Shown piece after piece: positions 57,142 to 64,000 of a DNA stretch of 64,000 nucleotides (the stretch's first letter is position 1; every line of letters begins with the position of its first letter). Position numbers and translations under genes: made by a program. The notes under the pieces were generated by a model that searched no databases, had not been told where the DNA came from, and saw only the letters and a program-made list of their open reading frames with translations. The stretch lies in assembly GCA_019241305.1 (NCBI GenBank), contig JAFAXE010000075.1, forward strand, positions 6,865 to 70,864, in the 5' to 3' direction. This DNA is from Vulcanimicrobiota bacterium. GTDB taxonomy: Bacteria > Vulcanimicrobiota > Vulcanimicrobiia > Vulcanimicrobiales > Vulcanimicrobiaceae.

Positions 57142-58469
57142 CGCCCAGCAAAACCGAGTACCAACACCCCGAAATCGAGACGCTCGATCGCGACGGGATC
57201 GTCGCGATTCAGCGCCGGAAATTGAAGGCGCTCGGCGAGCGGCTTGCGGCTTCACGCGAGTGGGTCGAGCACTTCGCTCGCGCGGACCTTCGGCCGTCCC
57301 AGCTCGGCGACCCCGAGGCCTTTTCGTGCGTTCCAACGCTGGAAAAGCGCGACCTTCGCGAGCGGTACCCGTTTCCGTTTTTGACGACGCCGATCGACAA
57401 CGTGCAACGCTTCGTCGCGACGTCCGGAACGACCGGACTGCCGGTCCTCTTCGGTTTCAGTTATCGCGACGTGCGCGACCTGATGGGGCCGCAGATGTCG
57501 AGGATCCTGCGCTGTGCGGGCGTGCGTCCCGGCGAACGCGTGTACCAAGGATACGGGTATGGTCTGTGGGTCGGCGGGGTCGTCATGGACTGGGGTTTAC
57601 AGGCGTTCGGTGCGACGAATTTCGGCGTCGGTCCCGGCCGGGCCGAATTAGTGGCGGAATGGTTGCGCGATCACCGTTACACCGTCTGCACGATGTCGCC
57701 ATTATGGCTGATGACGTTGGTCAACACCGCGAAGGCGAAAGGAATTGACCCGAAGCGCGATTGGTCGCTCCGCGTCGGCCTGTTTGGCGGCCAATCGATC
57801 TCCGCCGCCTTCAAACATGAGCTCGAGTCGGAGATGCCGGAAGGTTTTCTCGCCCATAATATCTATGGTGCGACGGAGTCCGGCGGTCCGAACCTCGGCA
57901 TTTCTTGCCCGTATTCACACGGACCCGATTTGATGCATCTGATCAACGACGATTCGGTGCTTTCCGAGATCATCGATCCGCAGACGCTTGAGCCGGTGCA
58001 GCCGGGAGAGATCGGCGAAATCGTCATCACGACGCTGGACAAAGAAGCCTCGCCGGTGGTGCGCTGGCGGACGCGCGATCTCGTTCGCCTCGCCGATGAT
58101 CCCTACGGCTGCCCGTGTGGCCGTCGTGGGCTTCCGCTCGTCGGACGGATCATCGGGCGCTCCGACGACATGCTAAAAATCCGTGGCGTCCTGGTCTTTC
58201 CCTCGCAAGTCGAGGATGTGATCGCATCGCATCCGCTCACCGTGCGCGAAGCGTGGCAGATCGAAGTCGCGCGCGGCGATCGGGTATTAGACGAAGCGAC
58301 CGTTGCCGTGGAGCGGCGCGCCGGCACGCCCGTTTCGCGCGACGACCTTGCGCGCGAGTTACAGGGAATGTTCCGTGCGCGCCTGGGGATTCGCTTTGAC
58401 GTGGAGGTGCACGACGAGGGCGCGCTGCCACGCTACGAAGCCAAAGCCGTCCGCGTCATCACGAAGTAG
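57081..58469 (+). CDS. Phenylacetate-CoA ligase family (PaaK / coenzyme F390 synthetase-like) adenylating enzyme
   Basis: VATSGTTGLPV, YGATESGGP and KIRGVLVFPSQVE. The only canonical start that keeps the conserved N-terminus (PEIETLDRDGIVAIQRRKL) is ATG 57081, 61 nt inside the S8 gene. Confidence 0.82.
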   Translation: MRCRFEDQREARSRGIPAALTPSKTEYQHPEIETLDRDGIVAIQRRKLKALGERLAASREWVEHFARADLRPSQLGDPEAFSCVPTLEKRDLRERYPFPFLTTPIDNVQRFVATSGTTGLPVLFGFSYRDVRDLMGPQMSRILRCAGVRPGERVYQGYGYGLWVGGVVMDWGLQAFGATNFGVGPGRAELVAEWLRDHRYTVCTMSPLWLMTLVNTAKAKGIDPKRDWSLRVGLFGGQSISAAFKHELESEMPEGFLAHNIYGATESGGPNLGISCPYSHGPDLMHLINDDSVLSEIIDPQTLEPVQPGEIGEIVITTLDKEASPVVRWRTRDLVRLADDPYGCPCGRRGLPLVGRIIGRSDDMLKIRGVLVFPSQVEDVIASHPLTVREAWQIEVARGDRVLDEATVAVERRAGTPVSRDDLARELQGMFRARLGIRFDVEVHDEGALPRYEAKAVRVITK

Positions 58470-58551
58470 CGCTTCGGGGGTCGCAGCTCAGCGCATTTGT
58501 ACTTCAGTGACGCATGACGCGGAGCGTCACACGAAAGCGGATGAAAATGGT

Positions 58552-58671
58552 GTGTCATCCTGAGCGAAGTGGAGCTGAGCTTGCTCAGCGGAACGGAGTC
58601 GAAGGACCGCACATGAACGCTGACGCGTCCTTCGACTTCGCTCGCTACGCTCGCTTCGCTCAGGATGACAC
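58552..58671. repeat. Nested palindromic REP-like element between convergent genes
   Basis: Perfect 18-nt arms GTGTCATCCTGAGCGAAG (58552-58569) and CTTCGCTCAGGATGACAC (58654-58671). Inner 11-bp stem AGTCGAAGGAC (58597-58607) pairs with GTCCTTCGACT (58627-58637). Small hairpin GCTGAGC-TT-GCTCAGC (58574-58589). Confidence 0.85.
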
Positions 58672-58720
58672 GGGCGAGTTGCCGCGCAGCGTATCTTCAC
58701 TTCCGATATGACACCGGCCG

Positions 58721-59752
58721 TCACTGTTGGCCGTAGCCGATGGCGGCGAGGACGCGTTGCGTCTGCAACCCATCGGCGAACGTTGGGAGCTCGGCTGGTT
58801 TTCCCTCGAGCGCTTGCGCGAACTCGTCGAGAAGGTTGACGAACGGCGGCAAGTCGCGGTGCGCACCACTGAGGTGACCGTGCCGATCCTTCGTGAGCGT
58901 GAGCTCGGACGTCTCATCGGCGTCAACCACGAACGTCGTCGACTCGAGGATCGTCGGTCCACTCGCGACCGCAGTGCGCGCCTCGCCGTGCGCTGCCAGG
59001 ACCGCCGAATCGACCGCTGAGGTTCCGTCGGCCGCCACACGGCCGACGAGCCCATCGCCGTAATCGACCACGGCGAACGCGCCGTCGTCCACGTCGGTGC
59101 GAAAGCGTTTGCCCTCGAAGCTGCGCTCCGCATTCGCGGTGCGCAAGAGGCCGGTGGCACGCTGTGGGGCGCGTCCGGCCAGCCAGTTTGCCGTATCGAT
59201 GAGATGCGACAGAGATGCACCCGCTACGCCGCCACCGCACTCGCGCCGAAACCACCACGAATCCGGACGCTCGAAGGTTGCGCGTAGCGTGCCGGAGAGC
59301 GTCGTGAATTCGATCTCACGCAACGGACCGAGATGACCGTTACGAATCAATTCCCGCATCGCAAGCCGAGATGGAGTATAGCGCAACTCGTGCGCGAGTG
59401 CGCAGACCGTCCCCGCACTGCTTTCTGCGGCAACCATCTCTTCCGCTTGTGCGACCGTCAGCGCGAAGGGCTTTTCGCACAACACATGTTTCCCGCGCTC
59501 CAGTGCCAACAGCACAGCCGCGCGATGATCGAACGGCGGCGAGGCGATCGAGACGACGTCGACGTCCACCTCGTCCAGCAACTCACGCAGTGACCGGAAC
59601 GCTCTGGGGATGTCGCGCTCTCTGGCGACGCGGTGCGCGTTCGTTGGTGATGCGATCGCTACGATCTCGAAGGAACCCTGTGCTCGATACGCCGGCAGAT
59701 GAACGACGGCGCCGAATCGCGACCCGACGAGACCCACGCGCCAGCGTTTCAT
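58721..59752 (-). CDS. Gfo/Idh/MocA-family NAD(P)-dependent oxidoreductase
   Basis: N-terminal Rossmann MKRWRVGLVGSRFGAVVHLPAY and EKPFAL. ATGA overlap with the upstream aminotransferase. Confidence 0.88.
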   Translation of the reverse strand: MKRWRVGLVGSRFGAVVHLPAYRAQGSFEIVAIASPTNAHRVARERDIPRAFRSLRELLDEVDVDVVSIASPPFDHRAAVLLALERGKHVLCEKPFALTVAQAEEMVAAESSAGTVCALAHELRYTPSRLAMRELIRNGHLGPLREIEFTTLSGTLRATFERPDSWWFRRECGGGVAGASLSHLIDTANWLAGRAPQRATGLLRTANAERSFEGKRFRTDVDDGAFAVVDYGDGLVGRVAADGTSAVDSAVLAAHGEARTAVASGPTILESTTFVVDADETSELTLTKDRHGHLSGAHRDLPPFVNLLDEFAQALEGKPAELPTFADGLQTQRVLAAIGYGQQ

Positions 59753-61038
59753 GCAGGAGCGGCGGCTTCAAGGAGGTCGAGCGCGCGCCCGAGCTGCGTG
59801 TCGTCGATGACCAGAGGCGGAGAAAGCTGCAGCACCTCACCGCGCTGACCGGCCGGCAGCACGATGAGGCCGCGCTTGAGCGCGGCGATCGTCCAGTCGC
59901 GCACGCGTTCAGCCGTGTCGCACTCCACTCCCCAGAGTGCGCCGCGCCCGCGCACGTCGCGGACGAAGCCAAGATGCACGAGTGCCGTCAGCCGTTCGGC
60001 GAGGCGGCCTCCGATCGCGCCCGCGCGGATCACCGTATGGAGGCGCTCCATTTCATCGAGATTTGCCAGTGCGGCTGCGCAGCCCATGGGATTTCCGAGA
60101 TACGTCGAGGTGTGTAACGCTTCCCCGCTCGACGGCGGCCACGCATCCATGACGTCGGCGCGGGCGATCGTCGCTGCCATCGGAAAGCCGCCGGCGAGCG
60201 CCTTGCCGATGCACAAAATGTCGGGAGCGACGGCCTCGTAATCGACGGCGAAGCGTGTACCGGTTCTGCCAAAGCCGGTGAGGATTTCGTCCGCGATGAG
60301 CACGCACCGGCGCTCGTCGCACACCCGTCGCAACGTGCGCAGAAAACCGTCGGGCGGGACGATGACGCCACCACGCCCTGCGATCGGTTCTACGATGACG
60401 CATCCGATAGTGGGATCGTCGCGAAGGGCCGCCTCGACGAGCGCAGCAGTGCGGTCGAGCGCCCCGCCATCGCGGCGATCGGGAAAGGGAACGAAGGTCG
60501 TTTCCCGGCGCAGCTGCGCGGCAAACGGTGCGCGAAACCTTTCCATCCCGGTAACCTCGAGTGCGCCGTAACCGAGACCGTGGTAGGACGGCGTAAACGC
60601 CAGCGCGTTAGGCCGTCCGGTAAAGAGCAGTGCGGTTTTCCGCGCAAATTCGATGCTTTCCGTTCCGCTCGTGCATAGGTACGCCTTCGCGCGTTCTATC
60701 GGTGCGAGCGCGGTGAGCCGCTCGAGCAGCGTGACGCGCAGCGCGGCTGGGTGGACGTCGCCCATGGCGTGCGGGAGCCGGTGGCTTTGTGCTGCGATTG
60801 CCTCGACGACAGCGGCGTTGGCATGTCCCGTCAACGCGACGCCGAAGGCGGCACTGAGATCGAGATAACGGTTACCATCGACGTCGCTGACCGTTGCGCC
60901 GGTCGCGCGCTCCCAAAACGTAGGGAAATCGTGCGAAAGAAAGGCCACGCCGCGCGACTCGCTGGCGCCGAGACGCCCGGCGAGTTCACGCGAACGCGGT
61001 CCCGGGATTTCGGTCTGCAAACGTTCGAATGCGCTCAC
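59749..61038 (-). CDS. Class-III (omega-type) PLP aminotransferase
   Basis: SYHGLGYGALEVTG, LIADEILTGFGRTGTRFA and PLP-lysine block DILCIGKALAGGFP. GTGA overlap with the LuxC-like gene. Confidence 0.9.
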   Translation of the reverse strand: MSAFERLQTEIPGPRSRELAGRLGASESRGVAFLSHDFPTFWERATGATVSDVDGNRYLDLSAAFGVALTGHANAAVVEAIAAQSHRLPHAMGDVHPAALRVTLLERLTALAPIERAKAYLCTSGTESIEFARKTALLFTGRPNALAFTPSYHGLGYGALEVTGMERFRAPFAAQLRRETTFVPFPDRRDGGALDRTAALVEAALRDDPTIGCVIVEPIAGRGGVIVPPDGFLRTLRRVCDERRCVLIADEILTGFGRTGTRFAVDYEAVAPDILCIGKALAGGFPMAATIARADVMDAWPPSSGEALHTSTYLGNPMGCAAALANLDEMERLHTVIRAGAIGGRLAERLTALVHLGFVRDVRGRGALWGVECDTAERVRDWTIAALKRGLIVLPAGQRGEVLQLSPPLVIDDTQLGRALDLLEAAAPA

Positions 61039-62294
61039 GGATCGCGCGTCACCCAGCGTACGAACGGACCGATGCGGCCGATTCCTCCATGCTCCGCGGC
61101 GAACGACGGCGCTTGAAGCATCCCCACCCTGGCAATACGCGCCGCGCCACTCGCCAGAATGGCAGCGACGACATCATCGCGAGGAGGAAATGGGGCGGCC
61201 GCGACCGCTTCCAGCGGTAGCCGATGCGTTTGCGCGAACAGGGCGAAGTCCTTAGGCCCATCGATCGCGTAGAGCGCCAAGGTTCGCGGAAGAAGCGGCG
61301 GCGGCTCCTCGCGAGGCGGCTCGAGTGCGACCAGCGTACAGGCGCGCGCATCCCACATGACCCGTCCGTATCCGCGTGAGGCTCTAAAAGAAGCGGCGTT
61401 GCGATAGGCCGCGACGGAAGGATGCATCTCGACGGCCCCTGGCGGAAACTCGATGGCGGCCCGTCCGCACGCTGCGACGACCATCGCCGTAAACCTGTTC
61501 AAGTCGACGCCGCTTCCGCGCTCGAGGAAGAGCGCATGCGACGACAAACAGCCTTCGCCATCGTACAAGAGCGCATCGAGCGCCGCGTCGTCGGCAACGT
61601 GCTGCGCTGCTGCGTCGTCCATCAGCGCTTCCCGAGCGACGTACGATGCACTCGTGCGGTGACCGTACGCGATGAACCGCGTCTCTGCCGGCGTTTGCGC
61701 ACGAATCGCCTTCAGCGCCGCCGCGGATCCGAACGCCACGACCGCGTCGGCACGTGCGAGTTCGGCGAGCCACGCGGGATCGTCGTGCGCCGTCGCGTCG
61801 TTCACGTGAAGCCGTGCCGCGACGTCCGGGCGCTCCTCCGCCAGCGTTTGGGAAAAAGCACGCACCAATGCATCGGAACGGTCGCGCACCAGCACCTCGC
61901 AGCGCGCGCACAGCGCGAACAGGGCGGGCGGCAAGGCGACGCCGATGGTCGTCTCGCTGGCCACGACGACCAGCCGTCCGACTGGGCTCGCGAACGCCGT
62001 CCCGCGTTCGCCGCGCGCAACGAATCCGTCGAGAGCGTCAACCGCGCCGAGTTCGCCCTCGATCGCTGCCGTCAGCGCGTCGCGGTTCAGCGCTTCGAAG
62101 AGCCGGTCGAGTGCGTAATCGACGACCGGTTCGGAATAACCCGTCCGCTCGCGGATCGCGGCGGTCGTTCGAACCCGTAACGGAAAGTCGGCATCGCACC
62201 AACGTTTTGCGGCATCGGCGACGGCATCGATGATGCGATGTGCGCCGAGGCGCGCGAACGGCTCAGTCGTACCGCGCCGCCAGGTCCTCGGCAT
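61035..62294 (-). CDS. LuxC-like acyl-CoA/acyl-protein reductase (aldehyde-forming)
   Basis: ATG 62294. Layout ..AAKRWCDADFPLR.., VVVASETTIGVALPP, AVVAFGSAAALKAIRAQ, RFIAYGHRTSASYVARE and GEGCLSSH fits the LuxC reductase family. Adjacent to the LuxE-like gene. Confidence 0.75.
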   Translation of the reverse strand: MPRTWRRGTTEPFARLGAHRIIDAVADAAKRWCDADFPLRVRTTAAIRERTGYSEPVVDYALDRLFEALNRDALTAAIEGELGAVDALDGFVARGERGTAFASPVGRLVVVASETTIGVALPPALFALCARCEVLVRDRSDALVRAFSQTLAEERPDVAARLHVNDATAHDDPAWLAELARADAVVAFGSAAALKAIRAQTPAETRFIAYGHRTSASYVAREALMDDAAAQHVADDAALDALLYDGEGCLSSHALFLERGSGVDLNRFTAMVVAACGRAAIEFPPGAVEMHPSVAAYRNAASFRASRGYGRVMWDARACTLVALEPPREEPPPLLPRTLALYAIDGPKDFALFAQTHRLPLEAVAAAPFPPRDDVVAAILASGAARIARVGMLQAPSFAAEHGGIGRIGPFVRWVTRDP

Positions 62295-63378
62295 TGAGCG
62301 AACAGCCGCGCAGCGGCGCTGCCGTCTCACGGCCAAGGAGCACAAAACCTTCACCGATGGTGTAGCCGCGATCTTCGGTTTGGATTGCGATTGCCGACGA
62401 GCGGTTCGCGAGATCGACGTGCCGCAAGAATCCGATCGTTCCGGCCGCGACTTCGGCGCCCTCGGCATCCACGACGACCGTCCGTAACCACGGGGGACCG
62501 GCTTTGACGCGCGCGTCGCCCGCTCGCGACGCCGGCGTATCGTAGTACTGGCTCAGCAGTTCCGTCATGCCATATTCTGCTACGATCGCTTGCGGCGCAA
62601 TGCCAAACGCTTCTGACAGTCGCGCGTACAGCGCCGGCCGTTCGACGCTGCGGACACGGCCCTTGAAACCACCGGTTTCCATGATCCGAGACGCGCCCGG
62701 GAGTGTGAAGCGGAGACCTTGGCGCTCGAATGTATCGAGGAGTGCGACGAAAGCGAAGGCCGTGCCGGTAATGCAGACTGGGGTGTTCGCGCGACCGAGC
62801 GCGGCAAGATCATCGCAAAAGCGCGCCACCTCGAGCTCCTCGCCCTGGACGTAGAACGCCGGCGGCCTAACGCCACGCTCGTCGCCGACCACTTGCATCA
62901 TGAACGAGAGTGACGAATGCGGTTGGGTGCGCGCATCGGGAAGGAGGTTCAGGTAGGCGAGCCGAGCGCCATCGGGTAGCATGAAACGATCGAAACCCGC
63001 GAGCAGCGAAGCGCGATAGAGCGCCGCTCGTTCGAGATAGTGACGACCTGCTCGGGCCTGCGTCGTTCCGCTCGTGTGAAACTCTGCCTCTGCACGGCGA
63101 ATGTCGAACGTAGCCAGCGTCGCCTCCTTGAACGCCGACGCGGGGACGGCGGGGATCTGGCGCCAGTCGTCCGGTGCTTCGAGACTGCCGCGCACCGATT
63201 GCACGAACGCCCGATATGGAGCGTTCTCTGCCACCTGGTACGCGAAGAGCTCGCGTGCGAGGACGCCGAACTCGTGCTCGTTCGCGACCGCTCGGCTCGT
63301 GTGCCACGCTTCGATGAACGCAAGAATGCGTTCGTCGAGCTCCGCTGCGCTCAGCGTAGCGAAGGATGGCGCACTCAT
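62263..63378 (-). CDS. LuxE-like acyl-protein synthetase / adenylating enzyme
   Basis: LFAYQVAENAPYRAFV, IPAVPASAFKEATL, FHTSGTTQ, SSLSFMMQ, METGGFKGR and AEYGMTELLSQ fit the LuxE family pattern. Confidence 0.78.
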   Translation of the reverse strand: MSAPSFATLSAAELDERILAFIEAWHTSRAVANEHEFGVLARELFAYQVAENAPYRAFVQSVRGSLEAPDDWRQIPAVPASAFKEATLATFDIRRAEAEFHTSGTTQARAGRHYLERAALYRASLLAGFDRFMLPDGARLAYLNLLPDARTQPHSSLSFMMQVVGDERGVRPPAFYVQGEELEVARFCDDLAALGRANTPVCITGTAFAFVALLDTFERQGLRFTLPGASRIMETGGFKGRVRSVERPALYARLSEAFGIAPQAIVAEYGMTELLSQYYDTPASRAGDARVKAGPPWLRTVVVDAEGAEVAAGTIGFLRHVDLANRSSAIAIQTEDRGYTIGEGFVLLGRETAAPLRGCSLNAEDLAARYD

Positions 63379-63887
63379 CGCGCGTGCCGGCCCATCGGCT
63401 CGGATTCGAGTGGACGAAAACGCCGCGCAGTGACGAGTCCGCTGTTGAAGCCGCCGACGGAAAGGCCGCCGTCGAAGCGCGCCGATTCGACTTTGATGCA
63501 GCGGTCCACGACGACGTCGAGTCCCCCCTCGTCGGCGATGCGAATCGCTTCAGGGTCGATGACGCCGTACTGAAACCAGATCGCCTTGGCACCCACCGCA
63601 ACCGCCTCGCGCGCGACCGCAGCCGCTTCGGATGGTTTTCGAAACACGTCGACGATATCGGGTGCGCCGCGCTCCGCCGCGTAGGCGGTGAGGGTGGGAA
63701 ATGCCTTGATTCCGTCGATCTCGGCGAGCGCTGGATTGATCGGCGTAACCTCGAGGACGCGATGCGTCCGCAGGTAACTGAAGACGAAGTAGCTGGGACG
63801 CGTCGTTTTGTTGGAAGCACCGACCATGGCGACCGTGCGCGAACGGCGCAGCAACGCCAGGCGCGCGGAGAGTCCGTTCAGGATCAT
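63375..63887 (-). CDS. CoA-binding domain protein (YccU/YneT-like)
   Basis: ATG 63887 gives MILNGLSARLALLRRSRTVAMVGASNKTTRPSY.., DIVDVFR and AKAIWFQ. ATGA overlaps at both ends. Confidence 0.85.
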   Translation of the reverse strand: MILNGLSARLALLRRSRTVAMVGASNKTTRPSYFVFSYLRTHRVLEVTPINPALAEIDGIKAFPTLTAYAAERGAPDIVDVFRKPSEAAAVAREAVAVGAKAIWFQYGVIDPEAIRIADEGGLDVVVDRCIKVESARFDGGLSVGGFNSGLVTARRFRPLESEPMGRHAR

Positions 63888-64000
63888 GGCTTGCCTTCGG
63901 TCACGAGCGTTTGCGACGCCGCGGCGTGTAGGGCGCGATCCAAATCCCACAACAGGTCGGCGGCATCTTCCAAGCCGACGGAGACCCGAACCATCTCGGG
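63884..64000 (-). CDS. Cys/Met-metabolism PLP enzyme (cystathionine gamma-synthase / O-acetylhomoserine sulfhydrylase family), C-terminal fragment
   Basis: Minus-strand translation PEMVRVSVGLEDAADLLWDLDRALHAAA.. matches the conserved C-terminal RLSVGLED..DL..DL..AL block. The gene continues beyond the window. Confidence 0.7.
   Translation of the reverse strand, partial: PEMVRVSVGLEDAADLLWDLDRALHAAASQTLVTEGKP

Noticed and set aside
1-64000. Searched by eye for tRNA, rRNA, tmRNA, transposase or integrase genes, prophage or defence-system genes, and toxin-antitoxin pairs
   Set aside because: Every intergenic gap other than 6517-7120 and 58470-58720 is shorter than 200 nt and shows no cloverleaf-like or rRNA-like sequence. 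No ORF shows DDE, tyrosine-recombinase, Cas, restriction or abortive-infection motifs. A covariance-model scan (tRNAscan-SE or Infernal) would be needed to be certain.

Overview
Visibly GC-rich bacterial chromosomal window with about 70 tightly packed genes. Many are joined by 4-nt start/stop overlaps (ATGA/GTGA/TTGA), and the content is mostly housekeeping. In order: a PP2C phosphatase fragment, then recG, a HAD hydrolase, rsmD, coaD, a coiled-coil protein, a YlbL-like PDZ/Lon protease and a LOG-family gene. A 600-nt repeat-filled convergent gap follows. Next come an M20 amidohydrolase, a DUF2249-Crp/Fnr fusion regulator, a crotonase, phoU, a class-V aminotransferase, a split transketolase and an uncharacterised 478-aa protein. 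Then a Cof-type HAD, Moco genes (moaD, moaE, moeB with rhodanese, later moaA), rfbC, an aldo/keto reductase and queG. An ECF sigma, a ZAS anti-sigma, cytochrome c and photolyase follow, then a B-box/DUF4870 membrane protein, an ABC exporter and csrA. After that is the conserved rpsB-tsf-pyrH-frr-(no uppS)-cdsA-dxr-rseP-ispG block, five inserted genes, proS, an M16 peptidase and an Amj-type flippase. An envelope glycosylation operon (PIG-V-like GT, GtrA, GT39) follows, then glpX, a disulfide oxidoreductase, split Nit+NadE, cinA, an S8 protease and a PaaK-like ligase. The window ends in a minus-strand operon: Cys/Met PLP enzyme, CoA-binding protein, LuxE-like, LuxC-like, class-III aminotransferase, Gfo/Idh/MocA oxidoreductase. 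That operon is my best candidate for an undescribed pathway (carboxylate to aldehyde to amine). Other observations are two repeat/palindrome elements, a chain of duplicated ATGA-coupled mini-ORFs, two enzymes whose conserved N-termini lie upstream of any ATG/GTG/TTG, and GGA-loop hairpins between csrA and rpsB. By eye I found no rRNA, tRNA, CRISPR array, transposase, integrase or recognisable defence system. All family calls come from motif recognition in the translations, not database searches. Gene order resembles Firmicutes/Terrabacteria-type synteny (inference only).
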